Of a stretch of 64,000 nucleotides of DNA, positions 54,391 through 62,652 are shown piece after piece (within the stretch, counting starts at the first letter, position 1; each line of letters begins with the position of its first letter). Position numbers and translations under genes: made by a program. The notes under the pieces are model-generated. The model ran no database searches, was not told the origin of the DNA, and saw only the letters and a program-made list of their open reading frames with translations. Source of the DNA: an uncultured Christensenellaceae bacterium (GTDB lineage: Bacteria > Bacillota > Clostridia > Christensenellales > DTU072). The DNA is taken from positions 28,071 through 92,070 of the forward strand of contig CAZTFQ010000006.1 of assembly GCA_964613035.1 (NCBI GenBank), in the 5' to 3' direction.

Positions 54391-54918
54391 TCAGTCAAAC
54401 CATCTGATAAAGCCGTCTTCTTGCTCCATTGCTTCCACCGTCTCTATACCGACATACTCGTCGGCGTCCACGGGGGACTGTTTGGCAAAGGTATTAAACG
54501 CTATTAAAACAAATGCGAATACTGCCACTACTAGAACGTAAGCCGCGACGAAAATTTTGCCGCCTTTTGTCAACTTACCGGGAGTACTGTTGACGGCGCG
54601 GGCTTTTTTAACCGCTTTATCGGAATTGAGAAGGCTCATTTCGTACTCGGCTTTAGTCATAACCTTATCGGTCTTGGTCGTACGATTAAGCACGCCTTCC
54701 ATATATTCGTCGTAAGAGGGAACTGCCGACGCGGGGGCTTCCGCGCGGAAAGAATCTTCATAGGAAGAAGTATAGGAGGGAATTTTCGCACTATCGTCCG
54801 AATAAACCGAGTGATTTTGTTTACCGAGCAGGAATTTATCGTAGTCGGTAAGACCGATGCCGTCCGACATCGCGCTCATATTGACGTATGATTCCGTATC
54901 TCTTCTTAAAGTAACCAT
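54391..54918 (-). CDS. hypothetical single-pass membrane protein in the ftsL slot of the dcw cluster
   Basis: 175 aa. AGGAGG lies 6 nt before the ATG. One TM (IFVAAYVLVVAVFAFVLIAF) at residues about 122-141, a long S/Y/D-rich N-terminal region and a short acidic tail. Confidence 0.55.
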   Translation of the reverse strand: MVTLRRDTESYVNMSAMSDGIGLTDYDKFLLGKQNHSVYSDDSAKIPSYTSSYEDSFRAEAPASAVPSYDEYMEGVLNRTTKTDKVMTKAEYEMSLLNSDKAVKKARAVNSTPGKLTKGGKIFVAAYVLVVAVFAFVLIAFNTFAKQSPVDADEYVGIETVEAMEQEDGFIRWFD

Positions 54919-54927
54919 ATTGACCTC

Positions 54928-55854
54928 CTATATTTTCTCGAAAACTCTCAGCTTGGCGCTTAAAGCTCTCTTATTGACTTCTATTTCTTCTTCCGACGGA
55001 AGAATCGGTTTGTTAGTTATTACAATTCCTTCTTTTTTCTTTCCGCATACACATACGGGGATGTTTTTCGGACAGACGCAATCCGATTCCAGATACTTAA
55101 AGCTCTGTTTTACTATTCTGTCCTCGAGACTGTGGAAGGTGATTATCGCGAAGCGACCGCCCTTTTTAAGTCTCAGGGCTATTTTTTCTATAAACTCTCC
55201 GAGGCCTTTCAGCTCGCCGTTGACTTCTATTCTGAGAGCCTGGAAGACTCTTTTCGCGGGATGACCTCCTTGATAGTTACGCGGATAGCATCCTTTGACC
55301 AGCTCGGATAGTTGCGACGTGGTCTCGATAGGATTATCGGCTCTTCTCGCTACTATCGCCGCGGCTATTTTTCTTGAGAGTTTTTCCTCTCCGTATCTGA
55401 AAAATACGTCTGCCAGTTCTTTTTCCGAATAAGTCGATAATACGTCGGCTGCCGTTATCCCCGAAGAGCGGTCCATTCTCATGTCGAGAGGTGCGTCTTT
55501 CATATAAGAGAATCCTCTCTCCGCTTCATCCAGCTGATAACTGCTTACGCCTAGGTCGAGTAAAATGCCGTCAAGCTTTTCTATGCCTAAGCGGTCCAGC
55601 TCTTCTTCTATATCCTTATAGTCGCTATGTATCGGCGTATAAAGCGTTTCGTATCCCTTAAGACGTGCTTCGGTTGCCTTAAGTGCTTCGGCGTCCTTAT
55701 CCACGGAATAGAGGTGCCCTTCCGAAAGTCGTCTCGCTATCTCTAAACTATGTCCGCCTCCTCCTGCCGTACCGTCCAAATAGATGCCGTTGCTTTTTAT
55801 ATTAAGAGCATCTATCGCCTCGTTGAGCAGGACCGACTTATGAACGAATTCCAT
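54928..55854 (-). CDS. rsmH: 16S rRNA (cytosine1402-N4)-methyltransferase
   Basis: HKSVLLNEAIDAL...DGTAGGGGHS...DLGVSSYQLD. Confidence 0.95.
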   Translation of the reverse strand: MEFVHKSVLLNEAIDALNIKSNGIYLDGTAGGGGHSLEIARRLSEGHLYSVDKDAEALKATEARLKGYETLYTPIHSDYKDIEEELDRLGIEKLDGILLDLGVSSYQLDEAERGFSYMKDAPLDMRMDRSSGITAADVLSTYSEKELADVFFRYGEEKLSRKIAAAIVARRADNPIETTSQLSELVKGCYPRNYQGGHPAKRVFQALRIEVNGELKGLGEFIEKIALRLKKGGRFAIITFHSLEDRIVKQSFKYLESDCVCPKNIPVCVCGKKKEGIVITNKPILPSEEEIEVNKRALSAKLRVFEKI

Positions 55855-56287
55855 TGTCGAACTTATCGCTCTGAGAGAGGATGGCGGCGTCTACTTCGTC
55901 GTCATAGACCGCGAACTGTTTTTCGTAGGCTTCTTCCGACCAGATCTCGATACGATTGCCCGCGCCGAGAAGAACGATGTTTTTATCTATACCGGCAAAG
56001 CGCTTGAACTCCGGCTTGAGCACAAAACGCATCTGAGCATCCGCTTCTATCTCCTCGGTACCGGAGTTTAGGAGTCTCAAAGTATTCTGTGCGGAGAAGT
56101 CCGAAATGGGGGCGTTGAAAATCTTTTCGAACGTCTTCTCCATATCTTCAGACGTCATTATGAAGAGACAATGCTGAGTACCGCGCATAACGAGCGGATT
56201 CTCGGTAAGAACGCCTGCATATTTTGCAGGTATTCTCAATCTGTTTTTTTCATCCAGCTTAGTTTTTGCAGAACCGAAAAAACGCAT
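55838..56287 (-). CDS. mraZ: transcriptional regulator MraZ
   Basis: MRFFGSAKTKLDEKNRLRIPAKY, with a second SpoVT/AbrB-like repeat (DAQMRFVLKPEF). Start placed at ATG 56287 after AAGGAGAGG. Confidence 0.92.
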   Translation of the reverse strand: MRFFGSAKTKLDEKNRLRIPAKYAGVLTENPLVMRGTQHCLFIMTSEDMEKTFEKIFNAPISDFSAQNTLRLLNSGTEEIEADAQMRFVLKPEFKRFAGIDKNIVLLGAGNRIEIWSEEAYEKQFAVYDDEVDAAILSQSDKFDNGIRS

Positions 56288-56316
56288 ATTCCTCTCCTTA
56301 ATGAATTTCGGTGAAA

Positions 56317-56358
56317 TTATATCACAAATTTTCCACTTTGCACCACTTCTTCCCACTT
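56317..56358 (-). promoter_or_regulatory. mraZ (dcw) promoter with three phased AAGTGG direct repeats (candidate MraZ operator)
   Basis: Minus strand reads AAGTGGGAAG AAGTGGTGCA AAGTGGAAAA. The repeats sit at 56358-56353, 56348-56343 and 56338-56333, exactly 10 bp apart, followed by TTTGTGATATAAT (extended -10, TATAAT at 56322-56317). Confidence 0.6.
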
Positions 56359-56445
56359 TACTTTGAATTTTACTTTAATTTTACCTCAAGCTGCTTGATT
56401 TTGGGAGAAAATTCCTTTTAAAAAATAACAAATGTTCGGAAAATA

Positions 56446-56472
56446 CAAAAAAACGGGACCCTAAAGTCCCGT
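56446..56472 (-). terminator. rho-independent terminator after the metallophosphoesterase gene
   Basis: Minus strand: ACGGGAC, 6-nt loop, GTCCCGT, then TTTTTTG. Confidence 0.7.
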
Positions 56473-56499
56473 GAAAAAGTATATAGCGAATCGATGAAA

Positions 56500-57198
56500 C
56501 TAAAAAATCTTAATCAATTTGTTTTTTAAGACGTCGCAGGACGCGAGGTAATATGGTATGCCGTCCTTGACGAGTTTTAATCTGTATACGGGGTGCTTTC
56601 CGTGAAGATGACCGTACACGACCGCATCGGCGCCGAGGTCTTTTACGGTGTCGGTGTATGCGGAATCCTCGCACTTGTTATTGTAAGGCGGATAATGGAA
56701 CATCACGACGATTTTGTCGCCGTCGACGGCTAATTTTCGCGCTTCTTCCACGGAGAGCCTGAGGCGGATGAGTTCTCTGTCGAAAAGTTTTTTATCCTCG
56801 TCCGAATACGGTTTGCCCTTCTCTTCCACCGTATAGCCCTTGGTGCCGCAAAAAACCACGCCGTCTATTCTGAAAGCGTTGTTCTGTATAGCGAGGACGT
56901 CATCGGGGAGGACGCTTTTTACTTTGGCGTAACTCGACCACCAATAGTCGTGATTGCCTCTTAAAATGATTTTTTTGCCGTTAAGTTCCGTAAGACGCGC
57001 CATATCGGGGCGAACGCCGTCCAAGTCCATCGCCCAGGAAAAATCTCCCGGCAACAAAACGACGTCTCCCGCAGTGACGCGGGAGTTCCAGTCTTTTTTA
57101 ATCTCCTCGAAGTGATCTTCCCATATCTCTCCGAAGATGTTCATCGGTTTATCCTTATCGAAGGACAAGTGGAGATCGCTGATTGCAAATACGCTCAT
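56500..57198 (-). CDS. calcineurin-like metallophosphoesterase
   Basis: 232 aa. FAISDLHLSF, LLPGDFSW, LRGNHDYWW, GHLHG. Confidence 0.8.
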   Translation of the reverse strand: MSVFAISDLHLSFDKDKPMNIFGEIWEDHFEEIKKDWNSRVTAGDVVLLPGDFSWAMDLDGVRPDMARLTELNGKKIILRGNHDYWWSSYAKVKSVLPDDVLAIQNNAFRIDGVVFCGTKGYTVEEKGKPYSDEDKKLFDRELIRLRLSVEEARKLAVDGDKIVVMFHYPPYNNKCEDSAYTDTVKDLGADAVVYGHLHGKHPVYRLKLVKDGIPYYLASCDVLKNKLIKIF

Positions 57199-57240
57199 AT
57201 ACGTATTGTATCACAGGATCGAGGTTTTGAAAAGCGCTTT

Positions 57241-57801
57241 TTAAGTTACGTCGGGAAACAGGGGCAGATTATTGAAGACTCTGCAGACGTCGTCCGAGTA
57301 CGAGACGCAATTACGCGGAGTGAGGTAACCGTACGCGGGGACGAAAATTTCCACGTCGGCGACGACCTTGGTGAGCATAACCACGCAGATGTTGGCGGTA
57401 AGAGTCGTGCCGTCGAAGGTCCCTATTCTGCCGGCAAGCTTAACGATATTCTCGACGTTGGTAGAGAAGACGGAGCCTCCGGGGACTTTCAGTACGGTAT
57501 CTTGAAGAAGCGTGACGGTCCCGGTACCGGTAATCGTATTGCCCGAAGAATTCAGCGCTGTTACGGTGACGGGCACGGCGACGGAATAGGTAATCCGCGA
57601 ACAACCCGAAGTCGCGACGGGCGTAACGGACAGATTGGCTATATCGCCGTTGGACGAATTAGTCAACGAAACGAAAGTCGCGGGGGTATCGCCCTCGGGG
57701 AAGGTAACGGTAACCGTCTGATTGGTCAGGGTATATCTGTTGATACAGGCGTCGAAAACGCGTTTTACCTGCAAGCAAACTTTATTAGTGTTACAAGACA
57801 T
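57241..57801 (-). CDS. hypothetical Cys-bearing, Thr/Val/Ser/Asn-rich (beta-rich) protein
   Basis: Start placed at ATG 57801, 5 nt after AAAGGAGGA (186 aa). N-terminus MSCNTNKVCLQVKRVFDAC, then T/V/S/N-rich body (TVTVTFPEGDTPATF...VAVPVTVTALNSSGNTITGTGTVTLL). No signal peptide or TM. No family recognised. Confidence 0.6.
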   Translation of the reverse strand: MSCNTNKVCLQVKRVFDACINRYTLTNQTVTVTFPEGDTPATFVSLTNSSNGDIANLSVTPVATSGCSRITYSVAVPVTVTALNSSGNTITGTGTVTLLQDTVLKVPGGSVFSTNVENIVKLAGRIGTFDGTTLTANICVVMLTKVVADVEIFVPAYGYLTPRNCVSYSDDVCRVFNNLPLFPDVT

Positions 57802-57891
57802 GTTTAATCCTCCTTTTAGTATTTCACTACACAATATGTATATAGAGGAGTTTTTTGTGATTAAGCCGACCAAGGGAAAAATCATCGATAT

Positions 57892-57919
57892 AAATAAAAA
57901 GTCCCGAAATAGCGGGACT
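57892..57919 (-). terminator. rho-independent terminator after engB
   Basis: Minus strand: AGTCCCG, 6-nt loop, CGGGACT, then TTTTATTT. The 5' arm overlaps the engB stop codon. Confidence 0.7.
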
Positions 57920-58502
57920 AAAAAAGAACGGATTCTATGCGGTCAAGGATATTTTCTCGACCAGTTTTCGCATAACTCGAGACGACGTAAACGTTGTCTT
58001 TGCCGATTTTAAGAGCATTGGCGATGCGTTGTCTCGCTATCCCCTGCTGCGCTCTGGAGAGCTTATCCGCCTTGGTCGCAATGACGGTAAACTGAATATT
58101 ATAATGTGATAAAAACGCTATCATATCGATATCGTTGGCAGAGGGCTCGTGTCTGATATCCACTAAAAGGAAAAAGTTCTTCAGCATAGGACTGTTGAGC
58201 AAATATCCCTCTATAAGTCCGCCCCACTTAAGCTTTTCTCCTTCCGAAACTCTGGCAAAGCCGTATCCGGGTAGGTCTACGAAATAAAACTGTCCTTTAT
58301 TAAAGGAAAAGTAATTGAGAAGTCTCGTTCTGCCGGGCTCTTTAGAAGTTTTAGCCAATTTACCGTTGTTGGCGATAAAATTAACGAAAGAGGATTTACC
58401 CACGTTAGACTTACCCGCGATGGCTATCTCGGGCACGTCTGAGAGGATTATTTTGTCGGCGGAAGCCACCGACGTTAAAAACTCTGCGTGTTTTATCTCC
58501 AT
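57918..58502 (-). CDS. engB: ribosome biogenesis GTP-binding protein YihA/YsxC
   Basis: 194 aa. GKSNVGKSS, DLPGYG, TKADK. Canonical position after lon. Confidence 0.92.
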   Translation of the reverse strand: MEIKHAEFLTSVASADKIILSDVPEIAIAGKSNVGKSSFVNFIANNGKLAKTSKEPGRTRLLNYFSFNKGQFYFVDLPGYGFARVSEGEKLKWGGLIEGYLLNSPMLKNFFLLVDIRHEPSANDIDMIAFLSHYNIQFTVIATKADKLSRAQQGIARQRIANALKIGKDNVYVVSSYAKTGRENILDRIESVLF

Positions 58503-60751
58503 TATTTTCCGAAGACGACGGGATATACGTCCGAATAAGTTTTGGCAAACGTAAACTCTATGTTGCGTTTAACAACGTCGGGGAGTTCTTCGTAATCCTT
58601 TTTGTTATCGTAAGGGATAACGACCTTTTTCATTCCGTTACGAAGAGCCGCGAGGGTTTTTTCTTTCAAACCGCCTATCGGCAGGACGTCTCCCACGAGG
58701 GAAATTTCTCCCGTCATTGCGACGTCATGTTTTATATGCATACCGGTAACCGCGGAAAGAATAACCGACGTCATCGTTATACCCGCGCTGGGACCGTCTT
58801 TAGGAATAGCTCCCTCGGGCGCGTGCACGTGCACGTCGTGATCCTTGAATATATCCTCGGATACGCCGTAATCGGAAGCTATGGTCTTGACGTAGGAAAA
58901 AGCCGCTTTAGCCGATTCTTCCATAACCTTACCCAGATTACCCGTAAGCTGGATGTTTCCTTTACCGGGGATAAGGACGCCTTCTATCTCAAGCATAGTG
59001 CCGCCTACCGACGTCCAGGCGAGACCGTTGGCTACGCCGACCTTGTCGTCCTGTCTTACTTTGAGCTCGTTATAGACGGGTTTTCCTAGGAATTTTTCCA
59101 GATTGGACTTAGTAACTTTTACACAAGGGGCATTGCGGTTTTCTACGAAAACGACCGCAACTTTTCTCATAATCTGCCCGATGCGCTGTTCGAGTTTTCT
59201 GACGCCCGACTCTCTGGTGTACTTAGAGATAATCTCCTTAATAGCAGAGTCCGAAACGGTGACCCAACCATCCTCGATGCCGTTTTCTTTCATGCTCTTC
59301 TTAACGATATGACGTTTGGCAATCTCGAGTTTTTCGTCCTCTGTATAACCGCTCATTTCAATGAGCTCCATTCTGTCAAGGAGAGGTGCGGATATCGGGT
59401 CGAGGGAATTAGCCGTAGTGATGAAGAGGACCTTGGACAAATCGAAGGGAAGTTCCAGATAATGGTCTCTGAAATTGACGTTTTGCTCGGGATCGAGAAC
59501 TTCCAAAAGCGCACTGGCCGGATCGCCCTTATAATCTGCCGCCATTTTATCTATCTCGTCCATTAAAAAAACGGGATTGGACGAGCCGACGGAATGGATA
59601 CTGCTAATTATACGACCGGGCATGGCACCGACGTACGTCTTACGGTGTCCTCTTATCTCCGCCTCGTCTCTGACGCCGCCGAAAGAGAGTCTGACGTACT
59701 TCTTGTTCATAGCGCGAGCGATACTTCTCGCGATAGAAGTTTTTCCTACTCCGGGAGGGCCGTAAAGGCAAATAATGGGGCTCTTGGTCTCTGGAGAAAG
59801 TTTCCTTACGGCAAGCGATTCTATGAGGCGCTCTTTAACCTTTTTAATACCGTAATGGTCCTCGTCGAGGACCTTTTTCGCATTCTCGAGGCTGTCGTTG
59901 TCTTCCGTAAGAACACCCCAGGGAAGCTCCGTAACGAAGTCGAGATAGTTCTTCATAATGGCTGCCTCGGGAGAGGACGCCTGCATTCTGTTGAGACGTT
60001 TTACGTCCTTTTTTAATTTATCTTTAATATCGTCGGACACATTCAAAACGTCTATTTTCTTAAGAAAATCTCCGCTTTCGTCTTCCTCGTCTATTTCTTC
60101 GCTGAGAGCTTTTATCTGCTCTCTGACGTAATACTCGCGCTGATTCTGGTCCATTGCTTCTTGCACTTTGGACCCGACGCGCTCTTCGAGTCTCTCTATA
60201 TCGAGGTTTTCTTCCAGCTCGCCGCACAGCATCACGAGTCTGTCCTCGGTGTTTTCCGAAAAATACAAATCGATATTATCCGAATTGATCGAATCCGCTA
60301 TGAAGTCTATCGCCATATTGATATCGTCCATATCGGGAGTATGGACGAATCCTGTCGTCGAGAGAAGTTCTTCAAGCTCGGCGTATTTACTCAAGAGCCT
60401 CTTCTCGAGAGCTCTGACCATGGGCGAATCGTCGGTAACGTAATCGACGCGTCTGACGTTAATCGCCATAGAATTGTCGTCGGGAGCCAAATCGAATTTA
60501 GCGGTGCCTATGGTGTCGAAAATAACCGTAGCCAAATGAGGCGCGGGGGTCATAACCTGTCGGACTTTGATTAAAGTTCCTATACGTATGTTCTCCGGAG
60601 CGTCCATAGGATAAAAGACGGCGTAACCGCCGTCTTCCTGAGTCGACTTAATTCTCGTGACGTCGCTTTCTTTATCAAAAATAACGTTTTTTACGGAAAT
60701 ACCGGTAAAATATATTTCCTGCGTGATGAATATCGGTAATCTTTCGTTCAT
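58502..60751 (-). CDS. lon: ATP-dependent Lon protease (LonA)
   Basis: 749 aa. Walker A GPPGVGKTS, FLMDEIDK, and protease motif KDGPSAGITM. Confidence 0.95.
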   Translation of the reverse strand: MNERLPIFITQEIYFTGISVKNVIFDKESDVTRIKSTQEDGGYAVFYPMDAPENIRIGTLIKVRQVMTPAPHLATVIFDTIGTAKFDLAPDDNSMAINVRRVDYVTDDSPMVRALEKRLLSKYAELEELLSTTGFVHTPDMDDINMAIDFIADSINSDNIDLYFSENTEDRLVMLCGELEENLDIERLEERVGSKVQEAMDQNQREYYVREQIKALSEEIDEEDESGDFLKKIDVLNVSDDIKDKLKKDVKRLNRMQASSPEAAIMKNYLDFVTELPWGVLTEDNDSLENAKKVLDEDHYGIKKVKERLIESLAVRKLSPETKSPIICLYGPPGVGKTSIARSIARAMNKKYVRLSFGGVRDEAEIRGHRKTYVGAMPGRIISSIHSVGSSNPVFLMDEIDKMAADYKGDPASALLEVLDPEQNVNFRDHYLELPFDLSKVLFITTANSLDPISAPLLDRMELIEMSGYTEDEKLEIAKRHIVKKSMKENGIEDGWVTVSDSAIKEIISKYTRESGVRKLEQRIGQIMRKVAVVFVENRNAPCVKVTKSNLEKFLGKPVYNELKVRQDDKVGVANGLAWTSVGGTMLEIEGVLIPGKGNIQLTGNLGKVMEESAKAAFSYVKTIASDYGVSEDIFKDHDVHVHAPEGAIPKDGPSAGITMTSVILSAVTGMHIKHDVAMTGEISLVGDVLPIGGLKEKTLAALRNGMKKVVIPYDNKKDYEELPDVVKRNIEFTFAKTYSDVYPVVFGK

Positions 60752-60757
60752 TTTTTA

Positions 60758-62029
60758 TTATGCCGTTTTTATAACGGTCGGTTCTTTTCCTTCTGATATC
60801 GTTTCTTTTTCTATAACGATTTCTTTAATCGTAGGATCGGACGGCGCCTCGAACATAACGTTGAGAACGGCTTTTTCCACTATCGTGCGCAGTCCTCTGG
60901 CGCCTGTTTTAAGTCTGATTGCTTTACGCGCGACTTCTCTTAAGGCATCGTCGGTGAAAGTTATTTTTACGTCGTCGAGAGCGAAGAGTGTCGTAAATTG
61001 CTTAACGACGCTGTTTTTAGGCTCCGTCAAGATTCTGACGAGCATATCCTCGTCCAGAGGCGACAGAGTAACGACTACGGGGAGTCTTCCGACAAACTCG
61101 GGGATGAGACCGTATTTAATAAGGTCGTCTGGCTGGAGGTCTTTGATATTCTCGGAATAGTCTTTATCCGAGTCTTTTACGGTACCGCCGAATCCTACGC
61201 CGCTGTTATCTTTACGTTTTTCGACGACTTTTTCAAGTCCGACGAAAGCTCCGCCGCATATAAACAATATATTAGTGGTGTCTATCTGGATAAACTCCTG
61301 CTGGGGATGCTTTCTACCGCCCTGCGGAGGCACGGACGCTATGGTGGACTCGATGATTTTCAAAAGAGCCTGTTGGACGCCCTCTCCCGACACGTCTCGG
61401 GTAATGGACATATTCTCGCTCTTCTTGCAAATCTTATCTATCTCGTCGATATATATTATGCCTCTTTCTGCTTTCTTTATGTCGCCGCCGGCGGCTTTAA
61501 TAAGTTTTAGAAGGACGTTTTCCACGTCTTCGCCCACGTAACCCGCCTCGGTAAGCGTGGTAGCGTCGGCTACGGCGAATGGGACGTTGAGAATATCGGC
61601 AAGCGTACGTGCGAGAAGAGTCTTACCGCTACCGGTAGGCCCCAAAAGGAGGACGTTGGACTTATCCAAAACGACTTCTTCTCCTCTTAAACGGGCATTG
61701 ACGCGTTTTACGTGATTATAAACGGCTACGGAGAGAACTTTTTTCGCTTCGTCCTGACCGATGATGTACTCGTCGAGAAGGCGTTTGATTTCCTTAGGGG
61801 GCAATACCTGAAGAGTATCCGAATCGCGACGAGGTTTTTGAGTCTCTTTAGACTTAGGAGCGGTAACGGTAACTGTCTTGTCTTCCACTCCTTCGGACAG
61901 TAACTGACCGAATCCGAGCATTATGCAGTCGGAGCATATGAAAGCACCGTTCTGTCCTGGAAAAAGTCTGTCTACTTCCGACTCTTTTCTTCCGCAAAAC
62001 GAGCATCTGAATTCTTTGCTATTATCCAT
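60758..62029 (-). CDS. clpX: ATP-dependent Clp protease ATP-binding subunit ClpX
   Basis: Zinc-binding CSFCGR...CSDC, Walker [18 protein letters not shown]. Confidence 0.97.
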   Translation of the reverse strand: MDNSKEFRCSFCGRKESEVDRLFPGQNGAFICSDCIMLGFGQLLSEGVEDKTVTVTAPKSKETQKPRRDSDTLQVLPPKEIKRLLDEYIIGQDEAKKVLSVAVYNHVKRVNARLRGEEVVLDKSNVLLLGPTGSGKTLLARTLADILNVPFAVADATTLTEAGYVGEDVENVLLKLIKAAGGDIKKAERGIIYIDEIDKICKKSENMSITRDVSGEGVQQALLKIIESTIASVPPQGGRKHPQQEFIQIDTTNILFICGGAFVGLEKVVEKRKDNSGVGFGGTVKDSDKDYSENIKDLQPDDLIKYGLIPEFVGRLPVVVTLSPLDEDMLVRILTEPKNSVVKQFTTLFALDDVKITFTDDALREVARKAIRLKTGARGLRTIVEKAVLNVMFEAPSDPTIKEIVIEKETISEGKEPTVIKTA

Positions 62030-62032
62030 ATA

Positions 62033-62650
62033 TTACACTCTCTTCTCGTAAATATTGTCGATGATGCCGTACTCGAGTGCTTCCTTTGCTGACATTATTT
62101 TGTCGCGATCGGTATCGCGCACGATTTTTTCATAAGGTTGTCCGGTAAAACGTGCGAGATACTCGTTCATTTTAATTTTGGTTTTCTTCAAGTTTTCGGC
62201 GTAAATTTCCACGTCGGAAGCTTGTCCCTGAGTGCCGCCCAGAACCTGGTGGATGAGGATTTCTCCGTTGGGGAGAGCGGATCTCTTTCCCTTGGTTCCG
62301 CCTGCGAGGAGGAAGGCGCCCATAGAGGCTGCCTGTCCTATGCAGATGGTCTGGACGTCGCACTTAATATATTGCATGGTGTCGTATATCGCCAAGCCGT
62401 CGACGACGGAGCCGCCGGGGCTGTTGATATATAGATATATATCCTTATCGGGATCTTTAGTCTCCAAAAACAATAATTGTGCGATAATCAGATTGGCACT
62501 GACGTTGTCCACTTTTCCGTTAAGGAAAATGATACGATCTTCAAGGAGTCTCGAATAAATATCCGAGCTACGAGAGCCTTGAGAAGTCGTTTCGACAACG
62601 GTGGGCACCAAAATCGATTCCATTTTATTTTTAGTCCATTCGAAATTCAT
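62033..62650 (-). CDS. clpP: ATP-dependent Clp protease proteolytic subunit ClpP
   Basis: VPTVVE...DIYSRLL...INSPGGSV...[11 protein letters not shown]...IHQ. ATG 62650 has GGAG upstream, within the tig 3' end. Confidence 0.95.
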   Translation of the reverse strand: MNFEWTKNKMESILVPTVVETTSQGSRSSDIYSRLLEDRIIFLNGKVDNVSANLIIAQLLFLETKDPDKDIYLYINSPGGSVVDGLAIYDTMQYIKCDVQTICIGQAASMGAFLLAGGTKGKRSALPNGEILIHQVLGGTQGQASDVEIYAENLKKTKIKMNEYLARFTGQPYEKIVRDTDRDKIMSAKEALEYGIIDNIYEKRV

Positions 62651-62652
62651 TT

